A DNA stretch of 62,988 nt, counting the filler, from Polymyxa betae A26-41 (lineage: Eukaryota; Protista; Endomyxa: Phytomyxea), in NCBI GenBank assembly GCA_003693705.1. It is 9 parts of 9 records of this genome, joined end to end, with 100 filler letters (N's around TTAATTAATTAA, not from the genome) between each part and the next. Parts side by side here need not be neighbours in the genome. Positions count along the whole stretch, not along the records: positions 1 to 10,814 come from RBZT01000678.1; positions 10,915 to 20,674 come from RBZT01000117.1; 7 more parts are not named here. The stretch is one strand, 5' to 3'. The first letter of the stretch is position 1; every line of letters begins with the position of its first letter. Shown here piece after piece: positions 1-11,410 of this stretch. A model generated the notes under the pieces. The model was not told where the DNA came from. It searched no databases and saw nothing but the letters and a program-made list of their open reading frames with translations. A program made the translations under genes and the position numbers.

Positions 1-363
1 CCGGATGTTCTTCAGGAACACAGACGTGATTTTGAAGACGGGTTCCAGCGAATCTTCAAGATTATTGCGCAGAGAATCCTGTTTATAGAGCAAAAGTGTT
101 TTGGAGACGTTTCGCTATGCTTGGTGAGCGTTTTTTTAGAAAAATGGATGGTGTTAGGACCCAGAACTCTTGGCTCAAAAAAAAACAACCAACAAAAATA
201 CAGTCGAGAAGAATTGAACTCCCGTCATGTCGCTCACGCAACTCCGTAGACCTTCGAATAGCCAGCGGTCTATTTCCTGCAAAAATAGACCGGTCTATTT
301 AATAGATAGACTATAGACCCGCGCCGTTCAGTATATCTTTGTTGGTCCTATCCCAGTCCAGCC

Positions 364-3300
364 ATGTCTCCGATCACGATCCTGTCCTGGATCGTCGTAT
401 TACTCTTCGGATTAGCGGTATCGGGCGCCAGCAGCCTGGAGCCCGACGACAGCTTCATGCTCGAGCCGACCGACGACTTCGTCCCGCCGACCGCGCTCTC
501 GGAAACCGGCCGCCCCAATACAGCCCGCATCCTGTACGACGATATGCAGGCCCAGGTCGGCGCCCTCATGTATCAGCCGCAAATCGACCCGGACCTTTTC
601 AGCCTCCTCTGGTCGGTCTCCCGCCTACCGAGGGCCGCCCTCGCCAAAATTCAGACCGCCGCCTCGTCGCACGCCGTACGCGAGAGCGTCAGTTTCCTGC
701 GGTTTCTGATTTCGCTGGCAGTGGCGCTGTCGTCGCGGCCTGAACCGAAGGCCCAATACGTCTCGTACCAAGCCGTGGCGTTTGCGACCCACCTGCTGAA
801 GAATACTGGCCCGGCGGTGCGCGACTACACCGACCGGGAATCGTCGTTCTTGCTCGGGCTGCTGTGCTATCGTCTGACCGACCTGACGCAGTTCGTCGAA
901 GATCTGCAGTCGCTGATTGAAGCGATGTCGTCCCAGACCCTGGGTGTGCGTAATCTGGCTGGAGAGAACGCACTTATTATCGCTATCAGGCAAGTTTAAG
1001 GCAGCTTCGCCATTTATTCACTGCGCATCTTTTTGAGTCTCTCATCATGGAGTGGGTTTCTTCTGGCTTCATAAAGCTATTCAGTCGCGCAATCTTTATG
1101 CGTTTCATGGCCTTATATGCTGTTCGCACATTTTTCAATTGAGATTCTGGAATCTGTTTGTTCTGTTTACTACAATTTGCGAATTTTTCTCTCTCTTTTT
1201 GGCAACTTCAGAATCGGTGCTACGTTCGACGATTTACGTTATATCTCCGTCCACCGTTTATTTACGCTAACTGATTGCCATAGGACGTTCCCGACCCAGG
1301 TCGACCTACTCCGGACCCTATACGGCCGAATGTCCGTCCAAGACATCGCGTATTCCTGTCGCCGGTCCCTAACCCTACCAACCCTATCGATCTGGGTCCA
1401 GGTCTTCCACGATCCGATCCAGGGCCTGTTGGCCCAGGGCCGGTACGACGTCCCCCGGGTGCTGAACACGCTCCAGATCCAGTGCGAGCCATCGTTCAGG
1501 TACGAGTGCGGCCTCACGATCTGCGTCCGGACGGTCTGGTACGACGCCGCCGACCCGTCGCCGTCACTGGCCCCGTTCGTGTACGCGTTCCGCTCCGAGG
1601 ACGCGGCCCTGTTGGCCCATTATGACGCGTACGTGATGATATGGTGCTGTGTTATGTTACATTAACGGTGTCGGTTGACAGTATGGTGGCGAACGATCTG
1701 CTGCTGCCGATTCTGCGTCATGACGTTACGAATGCGGAGTGGACGAAGTTCGTGCACGTTGTGGTCGCGCATTTCCGAGCCGATCCGGACGGGATGCGGA
1801 CTGTGATCAGTCAGTGTCCCCGGGACCCCGCCCGAATCCCGTTCCTGGTTGCGGTCCGCGAATTGGCCGCCATGTAATTATGTTACCATCGCTGGTTCAC
1901 ATCTCACGTTACAAAGGCGGGTCCCGGACCTGGACTTCTTCAAGTTTGCGCAAGACGTCTCGAAACTATCGCTGCAACATAACGACCTGCCGACGTGGCT
2001 GGATCTGCCCAAGAACAGTAACGCTATCGTCATCGCCTTAGTCGTCAAGTACGTGATATGTAACGTGAAACATGTAACGTGGACTGAATTACGTTACCGC
2101 CCAGTATGGTCCGAGATGAAGGCTCGTCACCACGTCCATGCTCGTTCGAGGACCGATTCCTGGAAATCGTGCGTGCAGCCGCGCGGAGTCCGTCGTCAGT
2201 GTTCGGCGCCAACCTGGCCAAGGTCGCTGGCAGCGTCCTGGTCGGTGTCGTTGAGACCGAACCGAAGCTGGCCCTGGTCCTGCTGGGACGTCTGCTGAGC
2301 GAGAAGGGCATTTTCCGTCACGAGGCCGCGCTTAACCGGCTCTGCCTCGCGATCCGCGAATTCGTCGATCGGTGCAATTCGCACTCGGCGCTGCTCCCGA
2401 TTTTCATCCGTTTCTGCATCATTCTCTTGAATAATGGTACAATCGTTACACCTCATGTTACGTTACACTCTCTCTTTCCATTACACATCCATCAACGTTC
2501 CACACAATGCATGTTACCATGCATTTACGTTACATTATGGGTTTACTTTCCATGTGCACTGCTTATGTTTCAATCGTGCCAACCACATACATTGTGGCCG
2601 TTCTCTTCGAAAGTTGCTTTTTGTGGTTTTTGTGTGTAGGGTTTTGCTAGGGTTTTGGGGTTTGCATCGGGTGCTGAGTGTTTCCGCAGAGATCGTGATG
2701 CGGCAGGTGGAATCGCGGCTCTATCTGCCGGAGAATCCGTTACGCGAAACGTTATCGGAGTTGATTGAGGTCATACCGGGCTCGATGTGTGCCGTCCCGT
2801 ATCTGTCATGTCCGCCGTCTCCAGCATTGAACCATCTGTTCTCCAAGGACAAAAACGGATTCCAACTCGCTCTGCAGAAACGTAAGATTTCTTGCTGTTT
2901 CCACTCAGTGTCGCGTAACGTTTCATATTGCTTTCTGTCTCCGACCTCTGCTATGGCTCATCACACGTTACAGATGCGTGCTCGCTCTGCCAGGAACCTT
3001 TAGCGGGCTTTATCCTGAAACCCACCTCCCCAAAGGTCAGTATGACTGCTGTCGCACCCATTTGGCCACGTTACTTCGTCACGTTAGAGCTTTAGTTGTG
3101 TTTGTTGACTTTCTGACATCGACTTGGTTTCGTTTTTCGGTGTCGATTACGTTTCGTTCATGTTACCATGCTAACGTTACAATCGCTGTCTAGGATATCA
3201 CCGCACACGGGGAGATCTGCGCCATCTGTATGTGCCGAAACTTCGCCGACGGATTCAGGCCGGAAGATCCGGATCTGACGGGGCGCAGCCCGTCGGTCGT

Positions 3301-3499
3301 ACTGCGCTGCGGACATCTGTTCCATACAGACTGTATCCAGACATCGCTGGAGTCGTCGGTCCTGTGCCCAATGTGCCGCGGTGACGTCTTTGTCCCGGAC
3401 CGCGAATCGCTCAACAGGCTACGGACTCCGGTAACGAATCCCGCCGACCACCTCGAGGCCGACATCATCCACGCTCTCAGCCAGGTCTCCCACATGTAA
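364..3499 (+). CDS. Secreted protein (728 aa, 8 exons): signal peptide, ankyrin-like motif, helical middle, degenerate RING/U-box-like segment, C-terminal RING-H2; candidate secreted E3 ligase
   Basis: Exons 364-989, 1284-1628, 1682-1873, 1917-2048, 2105-2436, 2690-2881, 2974-3035 and 3194-3499 splice in frame (2187 nt). Intron 1 is GC-AG, the rest GT-AG. N-terminus MSPITILSWIVVLLFGLAVSGASS. Ankyrin-like NLAGENALIIAIR|TFPTQVDLLRTL. RING-H2 CAIC...CGHLFHTDC...CPMC. Confidence 0.85.
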
Positions 3500-3713
3500 T
3501 CACCAACCTTGAGCTTTCACTCTGTCTAATACAATTGTTGACGTTACCGTTACGTAAATTTATGTTACACTTGTTACTACATTCCGGTACCAATCTATAG
3601 GTAATCGTATCGTATTGTTAACAATCATGATAGGTACATACAGATTACGTTACAGTCACGTTGACTGTAACATTACGAAATAACAAAAAATTACACATTT
3701 ACGATGATGAGAG

Positions 3714-4385
3714 TTACGTTTCCAATCGGGCAACGGCAAAGTACGCCATGGCATAGGCGGATAACAACAGGCGATAGATTTGCGGAATTTGGTACGCGGT
3801 CTGGGCCAGCTCGACGTCCGGCGGTCGCGGCACGCCGAGCTCGTCGAGCTTCTCGATCAGCAGCATGCCGAAAATGCGCAGCTGTAACGAAATCTCTGTG
3901 TCCGCATCGACTCCGGCGGCCTCCAGCTGATCCCGCATCAAGACCAGAGCAGCTGCGAGCTCGTCGACGCCGCTCACGACGGTCTCGCTACGATCCGGAT
4001 GCAGGTTGCGGGACACCACGTCCAGTCTCCGCAGCAACTCCGTGACGCTCTCCGAGAACTGTTCGACGATCCGCAGCCGATCGTGCATGGGGATATCGCG
4101 CGCCTGCCGCCCGCAAAGCCGCATCGTCTGGTGCATCGTCTGGAACAGAGCCGAACAGGTCCGAGACGGACGCCGCGGCTCCGGCCCTTGATGACAGCCG
4201 ACCCGAATTGATCGTGACCACGGCCCTCGCATCTTCACAATGGCCGGCGATCCAGTCCGTAGCGAGAAGCGGGACAACATTGCAGCCGAAGGCGGCCCCG
4301 TGCTCATCACGGAGCCAGCAGTAGCACCGATACAACGGGCAGTGAGCGCCGGCCACAGGGCCAGCACGGCCCAGACGACGAGCAT
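3714..4385 (-). CDS. Putative secreted helical protein (~223 aa), function unknown
   Basis: ATG at 4385, hydrophobic N-terminus MLVVWAVLALWPALTARC, GC-rich single-exon ORF. Confidence 0.7.
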   Translation of the reverse strand: MLVVWAVLALWPALTARCIGATAGSVMSTGPPSAAMLSRFSLRTGSPAIVKMRGPWSRSIRVGCHQGPEPRRPSRTCSALFQTMHQTMRLCGRQARDIPMHDRLRIVEQFSESVTELLRRLDVVSRNLHPDRSETVVSGVDELAAALVLMRDQLEAAGVDADTEISLQLRIFGMLLIEKLDELGVPRPPDVELAQTAYQIPQIYRLLLSAYAMAYFAVARLET

Positions 4386-5052
4386 CAAAGGTCGGACGCG
4401 ACAGAGCGATCGTAAAGATGAAGATGTGGAGGAAGGGTCCCCCTCGCTGCGGACTTGGCCCTTTACTTGTCCGCAACGGTGCGGCTTTGACTGACGACAT
4501 TGCTACTAGCGAGTCTCGGAGATTCTAAACGCATCTCTCTGATGATAGAAATGCATAGATCGATAGATCGATGAGAAATGAATCCATTCATTCTATGCAT
4601 GTCAAATCAGGTTCAGGTGAAATTTTTGAAGTTTTTGATCGAAAACAAGTTGTTTGGGAAAGGATTAAATTGAATTTGTATTTAATTGCGCGAATAGCAA
4701 CATTTTCTCAAACTTTTGTCATTCTGCAGTCACACACTTTTGCAGACGATCTGTTCTGCGTAATTGCGCATTACTTGCGCAAACTTCTGAATTGAAAAAG
4801 TGTCGCGTTGATATGGCGGTTACCATACCAGGCTTCCGGGTTTGACACTTTGACTGAAGGCCTGACAGTTGCGCGATTGAAGAGGTAGAGAATGTTATAT
4901 ATAGACCTGTTGGGAATTTATATGTTAAATAAATTGTCACGTTAGGGGAGGTCAGATAGAGATGGAGGCTAAATTACATTCCGGTTTTTTGTAGCGAGAA
5001 AATAGAATTGATTATTCGCAGATGCTGGTGAATATTCCATCAACATCGAAAT

Positions 5053-5140
5053 GCCTCTTTAGCTCAGTCGGCAGAGCGTAGGTCTCATATCCACCATCAG
5101 AGTCATCCTGAGGTCGTGCGTTCGATCCGCACAGGAGGCA
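5053..5140 (+). tRNA. Elongator tRNA-Met (CAT) with a 15-nt intron at 5090-5104
   Basis: Acceptor stem GCCTCTT/AGGAGGC, D arm GCTC/GAGC, anticodon CAT at 5086-5088 with the U31-U39 mismatch typical of elongator Met, intron after base 37, T arm GTGCG-TTCGATC-CGCAC, downstream T-run (Pol III terminator). Confidence 0.95.
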
Positions 5141-5355
5141 AATTTTTTCTTTTTTTCTACTTGTTTGCTGAAAGTCTTGAACATCATCCAATCGGTAGTC
5201 TGATATCTGGCGGCCGTTTCTTGAAGATAAAAAACTTTGCTTATGAAATATTTGAACACTTTTTGCTCAGTAAAATAAAAATTCAGCTGTTTTTCGAGCT
5301 TCTCTAAATTCCCAATTTAATATCTGCATAGTTGGTTGATCGCCGGCTTCGTTCT

Positions 5356-6491
5356 CTATTCAATTCTGGACGGATCCAGCGACGGGAAGTACACCTGCAG
5401 CCAGTGCAGCAACAGGTCATACTGGTCGGCATTCGGGGCGGTCAGTACGACCCGGTCCAGCAACAGGCGGCGTCGATCTTGCGCTTTATCCGCCCAGATC
5501 CGAATCGTCCTGGCCAGTGCATGAACCATGACGTCGTCGTCTCCGTCGAAGAAGACGCCGTGCAGCGACGCGAACGCTACGATCGGCGTCCGCTGGACGC
5601 AGGCGAGGTTCAGGGCGGACATGACCGCTGAGACCAGCGTCGGTTCGTGATAGAGGTCGGGAAGCGGCAGGTGGATCAGGGCCTGTACGGGCAGGTCGCC
5701 GCCCGTCGTACTGAGCGCCTCGGCGATGCGGGCGGGGCGGCGCCGCCGACATTCCTTGACGAGACGGTGCCCGGCGCTGTGATAGATGGCGGCCGAGGCG
5801 CCTCTCGAGAGGACCAGGCCAGGATTTGAACCAAATGCTATTGCCGGCACCGATAATCGAGTGATATCACCTATCTGAATTCAGCCATACAAAGAATCAA
5901 TCTGAAAAAACTTCGTTGAATTTTTGGGCAAAAGGACAAATTCACTGTTTTTGAAAACATCTTTCCTGAAAAAATCGATTTCTCATTGTTGTAAGAAACA
6001 GTTTTAAAGTCTGTAAATGTCCCAGATTGATCTGTTGGAAACAAACGTAAAAATAAAGTTCGGCAACTTCGCGAAAGATTTGATGGCTTGAGAGAGGGTC
6101 AACCAGTTCGCATTTTCTGTGAAATTCCAAATTGACGCATTTTTCTTCAACAAAATTGAAAATCCAGGCGCAGTTTTTAAAAGTGCGTTTGCAAAGAGAA
6201 CGCGCGCGTTTAAATTCTGTCAAATGCAACCAAAGAAAATCATAATGGCAAGCCGAGCTGATCACCATCAAAACCCTCAAAAATCAACATAAAGAAACTC
6301 ATCAACACGGGTCGGTAGAGCCGAAAGCGTCGCCGACCTTTCCAGACAGCCACGAGATCGTTGGCCGATTTCGAATAGGGCATGGCGGGAGGCGGGCGCA
6401 CCGCCCGGGCGCTGGCCATGATCTGGGCCAGCACGGTCGTCCATGGGATCAGATGACGGGCGTACGTGACGGCTGTCCCTGGTCCCGTCAT
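5356..6491 (-). CDS. Stand-alone GDAP2-like macrodomain protein (~222 aa, 2 exons)
   Basis: Removing intron 5871-6337 gives PYSKSANDLVAVWKG|DITRLSVPAIAFGSN...AIYHSAG..LVKEC...GGDLPVQALIH...HALARTIR...DRVV...YFP, which follows the GDAP2 macrodomain pattern. The start codon is uncertain. Confidence 0.8.
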
Positions 6492-7480
6492 CGCAGACGC
6501 GGCTGGGCGTCGGCTGGAGCTGATAGATGATTGCGCGGGTCGCCGTCGCTTTAACGTCGACAACCAGAGAGATCGTTTTGCTTATGCTTGCAGATACAGC
6601 CGTCTAAGCTAGACGATTTGGGTGTGATGTTCGCCATTCTTATCTGCGTATACAGACAAAAACTGGCACGTTTGGCCTAGATAGATTCAGAACATAAAAT
6701 GTGAGTAATTAATGGCGTAAATTGTGATTGAGAAAGCTGTTGACGCTGTCGCTGGAAATAAGAAAAAAATATATAATGAAAGCAAAAACGTTGATCATGA
6801 GCTTCATTGGTGTTTGTTTCATGTATGTTAGATGCAACTCTATTCAGTGCTAATCAATTGGCACATTGATTGACTCATTTGCCAAATTGGCTTGCGCGGC
6901 TCAGGATTGCTGACGTCATGCTTCACGATCGTCATCATGTTTTTGACTGAAACCTGCAAGTGAACCTGCCATATCTGGTCTATGGCCATTGACAAACTGG
7001 GAAATCTCGTTTCAGCAAACCATGCTGGCGAGGCTCGCATTCTAACGACAAGAATCTGTGCATAATTTGCAAACATCCAATCCTCTTTCCAACGCAAACA
7101 TCAAATATCATCAGACCTTTTCGAAGTGAATTATCAAAGCTCATAAGAAGTATGATAAATAAAGTCAAGACATCCCCGAGCCTGGAAATTTGGAGAGAAA
7201 CTCTATTCGGCTATCGGTTGTTAAGATGTTAAGTTGCCATTCTGTGGATTTTCGATCATATTCTAAACTTTTATCTGCTACTTCGAAGCTAAGCTTTTAC
7301 AATGAGTGGAACTGACTTGAGGAAAGCTGGCGAGCGCAGCCCACCAGCATATTGCGCAGCCCACCAAGCGTATGAGTCTATGGGAACAGTTCTGCGCAAC
7401 CACCCAGTCGTCGGGTCGGCTATTGGGGTAACGGGTCTTCTCCATTTCGTTGCTGTCTCCCTCCATCTCTCTCGATCGTG

Positions 7481-7822
7481 ATGCGTCGCTTCCTGCTTTC
7501 CATGTTGGTGGTAGCCCTGGCCGTCAACCTGGCCGCCGGCTTGAACAGCATGTCCGCTAATCTGGCCCTGCTTCGCAAGCTGTATAACGCTCAGCGTCAT
7601 GCTCTCCCGCTCCATCAACGAAATCAGGTCGTGAATTTCCCTGTCAACAACGACGATCGTCGAAATCTAAACGTTCCGGCTCTGTGTTTTATGCTGACGG
7701 CAATGCCATCGCTCTATGGCGGTGTCGTATTAGATCTGGAGAAATGGGCCGAGCTTTCTAATCGGCTGGAGAGCAACGTCCTGGAGGAAGGCCGAAACGC
7801 GCAACGTAACACCAGGACTTAG
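7481..7822 (+). CDS. Small secreted protein (113 aa), function unknown
   Basis: Signal-peptide-like MRRFLLSMLVVALAVNLAAG, open ORF to TAG. Confidence 0.6.
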   Translation: MRRFLLSMLVVALAVNLAAGLNSMSANLALLRKLYNAQRHALPLHQRNQVVNFPVNNDDRRNLNVPALCFMLTAMPSLYGGVVLDLEKWAELSNRLESNVLEEGRNAQRNTRT

Positions 7823-8130
7823 TCGTATGTGAGGAGTTTCGTTATGTTATTTACCGGAACTTCCGCTTGAAAAGATTCACGCGCTGTGTAAAATTCACCA
7901 ATTTGTGTTTGCTCTGCTTGCAATTTTCATGGGCACATTCTTAAATCTAAAAATCATTTACTATTTCATGTCTGTTTTCGATATTTTAATGTTCCTGTTT
8001 GGTTGATTATTTCCATTCTTAACGAAGACGCAAGTGTTTTTGTCATCTATTTGAGACTGATTCTTCAACAGCACTCGGATGGATCGAAACTTTCAGTCTT
8101 TGTTTGTCAGCATTGGAGACCAAAACACAG

Positions 8131-8401
8131 ATTACTATCAATTTATAAACCTACAAAATGTTTTCCAAGAAGTTTTTTCAATTCCAACACGTGCTGCCAA
8201 ACTCTCGAGTGAAGAGCCTTCGCCAATCTCGATGTTCGAAAGCTCAATTATCCAAAATTTGCTGGTATTACTATCAATTTATAAACCTACAAAATGTTTT
8301 CCAAGAAGTTTTTTCAATTCCAACACGTGCTGCCAAACTCTCGAGTGAAAAGCCTTCGCCAATCTCGATGTTCGAAAGCTCAATTATCCAAAATTTGCTG
8401 G
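8131..8401. repeat. Near-perfect tandem duplication, 2 x 136 bp
   Basis: ATTACTATCAATTTATAAACC...AAATTTGCTGG begins at both 8131 and 8267. Confidence 0.95.
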
Positions 8402-9116
8402 CAGAGTCGTATCAGTAACGAGGCTGGTGGTGCCTTCAGTCAGCTAATCAGCTCCGTCTACTATTAACACCTGAAAATCATGCAAAATCTTTTCTTTTTT
8501 GTTTGTCTAGGCTACCTAGACAATCATCGAGTAGCTTTTCTAGTCCAACCAGATTAATCGAATGACCAACGAGTGAGAGCGAATCTATAAACAAGTTGAG
8601 CGGTTAATCCAAATTTACATCTTTCAAACTGCTTATAATTTGACTTTCAATCTTATCTTGATCACTTTCGAGCATATCGTAATCGATTATCGACTTAACC
8701 CAGAACTGAAATGTTTTGTAAGATCCAGTCTGCATCCTCAATCGCTGCCATTTTGCTTTCATTTTTCAGGAACCCAACCAGGTCCAATTCAGCCCCTCCC
8801 TTGAACTTTAGCATCGGCAGCATTGACATCAACGACAACAACAGCATTCGAATAGCCGGATTCACGAACCATCTTGATGGCTTTTGGAACAGATAAGGAA
8901 TAAAAGGATCTTGGAGATCTTGTATTTGAAGTTTCAAGCCCATGAAGCCGTGTATGAAAGTGAGTTGGAGCCCACGGCGCCGCATGCGCTAAGTAGCTCT
9001 TACAAAGTCGGGGTGGCCTTCTCAAAGAATTCGGGGGTGGTTGGGCCACCCCAACTGGGCTCGTTCCTCTGCTAGTTTGCGCATCGTGCGATCTATCTGC
9101 AATGAGGTTGTTTATG

Positions 9117-10303
9117 CGGTTTCCTCTTTTAAGCTCGCGAGCTTGCAAACTCGCGCGGCCCCCTCCGCGCGCTTCCAGACATGCGCTCTTCCAAGCTCGT
9201 CTACATTCGGTTGATATCGACAGCAATACAATTTCTTATCTCCTTCTTATTGATACGAAAATTATGATGGCTGTGGCAAAAAGTTGGCTCTATTACAGGA
9301 CAGAATAGGGCCTGTCCCAGCCCAGAGCTTCCGGCAGGTCCATTTCCTCCTATAGAATTAATATCTACGGCTGCAACCAAGTCTGTGCCATTCGGGCTAT
9401 CTCCTCTGAATGAGGTTTATTGTGCTTCGTCTGCGACGAAGAATGTTTGCGGCTTGAAGAGTCGGCTGTACATGAAAATTTGGACCAATCAACGAATTGT
9501 TCTGTCGATATCGATGTTTCACTTCGACTATTTTCATCCTTTGACACTGGTATGCCCCCATTTATGCAGTACATAGCAGGTGAAAACGGATTCTCGATTG
9601 TACGAACAGGCCACAAGATGGATGGTGAAAGATCACAGCAGCTATTCGATAGAGACGATGTAGTACAACGCGGGCGCTTTTATAGTCTATCTGGAAAGGA
9701 AAAATGCACATTTAAAGTTTCTTGTACATTCGATTTTGTTAGTTGAGATCATTATTTCAAAGCAAATGGTCTAAATTTAATAAACAGCCATTCTTCAACA
9801 GCGGTTGTTTTCGATGGCATCTTATTTAAGACCAGCGATTCTGAATTAAGCGCTGACGAGAAATCTTCTATTCTTGATTTTGCGACTTTTATAATTATCG
9901 AAATTCTTCGAAATATGTGGCCCAACGTTGTTTTCGATGCTGGCCTACTCTATCGATTGAAAGCCAAAGCAAAACAAAAGGCTTTCGGTACTGACAAAGA
10001 CGCAGTCAATTCTTCAATGCAGAAAGGTAAGCAGATATTCAGGAAGAATCGGGAGTCTTCGACATTTCCTTTGATGAATCCATGGAGATAGAGGTTGTTC
10101 TTATACAAACATCGAAAATGGCTGCATACGCTCGGCAGTACGAAGACTTTACGGTTATAGATGGAACCTTTTGCGATTCTATTGTATGATCTTATTTTGA
10201 TGAGATAAACCGAATGTAGACGAGCTTGGAAGTGCGCGAGCCTGTAAGTGCGCGGAGGGGGCTGCGCGAGTTTGCAAGCTCGCGAGCTTAAAAGAGGAAA
10301 CCG
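9117..10303 (+). mobile_element. Non-autonomous Mutator-like element (MULE) with ~95-bp TIRs and a 9-bp TSD
   Basis: TIR CGGTTTCCTCTTTTAAGCTCGCGAGC... is inverted at 10207-10303. TSD TTGTTTATG at 9108-9116 and 10304-10312. Internal degraded transposase fragments (GENGFSI, CTFKV, DFTVIDGTF). Confidence 0.92.
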
Positions 10304-10814
10304 TTGTTTATGTGTAGGTCTGCAGTAACCTGGAGCGGACTTTCAGGGATGCTCCCATCATGTCAACCTTGAACTTGGAAGAGCGTTCTGAAATGATCTG
10401 GTAGTCGGAGAAGCTGGAACGTCAAGTCAAGAATGATGTCCGAAAGAAGCAGTCGAAAAGAACCTTGACATGGTCTTGATCGTCGCTCTGACAATGAGGC
10501 AGTTTGACACTGCTGAGATAGGGCCCGTCCATCGCTGTTAATTGTAATATTAAGATCAACTTTCCTGTAACGATGGAAGTTAATGCTGTCCAAGCGATGA
10601 TTCCATTTGCTTGGTTCCGCTGCTGGTTGGAATGTCAAGTGAATGGCTGACCCAGATGGGGCGGATCCAGCTGTCCTCGAAGGCTTCAGACGAAGCTGAT
10701 AGGATTTTTCGGCTTCATTGCCAGGTCTCCCAAGCTGGCTTGAATTGTGTACAAAGCGATCTCTGAGAGCCTTAACATTTGTGATTCTGAAATGTTGAGA
10801 GCTATAGCCCGAAA

Positions 10815-10914
10815 NNNNNNNNNNNNNNNNNNNNNNNNNNNNNNNNNNNNNNNNNNNNTTAATTAATTAANNNNNNNNNNNNNNNNNNNNNNNNNNNNNN
10901 NNNNNNNNNNNNNN
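10815..10914. other. Artificial contig linker N44-TTAATTAATTAA-N44
   Basis: Identical 100-bp spacer with stops in all six frames, repeated eight times in the window. Confidence 0.98.
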
Positions 10915-11237
10915 ACTCCGACCCTCTCTCCGCTCCGCCTCCGAGGACTCCCTGACGTCGCTCCGTTGCAGGACACCGGTCCCCCGCGTCCTACCCTCTG
11001 CTCCCGAGTCATCGCACCGCTTATCTAACCAATAAAAGGGGACTTTTTACTCGATCCTAACAGGCTGCTGGATCGTAACCTAGTTTATATCCGCATGGAT
11101 ATGAAAGCCCGAGCGAAGATCCCGAACAGATGCACTGATTTTGTCCTAACCTGGTCAACGATCGAAACGCGACAACGGCTCACGAGCTCTAGAAGAGCCT
11201 AGAATCTCATTATTTAAGGAAGACTCCAGCCGCAACA

Positions 11238-11410
11238 GTGAAGACATCTCGCACAGTAGCAATGCGTAAACTCCCTGAGGAGTCCTGCCATGCCTTCATA
11301 AGTCGCGTAAAAGATGCAGTTCGCGAATTTCAAGAGGCATCGAAAGCGGTCCTCACAAACTCCGTCACTGCTGCCGTCATTTTAGCAGGTTTGACCGGAC
11401 AGTATGGAAT
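11238..11410 (+). mobile_element. Ty1/Copia gag remnant
   Basis: EESCHAFISRVKDAV...VILAGLTGQY resembles the Copia gag (UBN2-type) pattern. Confidence 0.55.

Noticed and set aside
200-275. tRNA-like T arm on the minus strand (GGGAGTTCAATTCTTCT followed by a T-run)
   Set aside because: I could not fold a convincing acceptor, D or anticodon arm; at most a decayed tRNA or SINE.
339-6563. Many overlapping Arg/Pro-rich or antisense ORFs in the ORF track
   Set aside because: Shadow ORFs of GC-rich exons in alternative frames.
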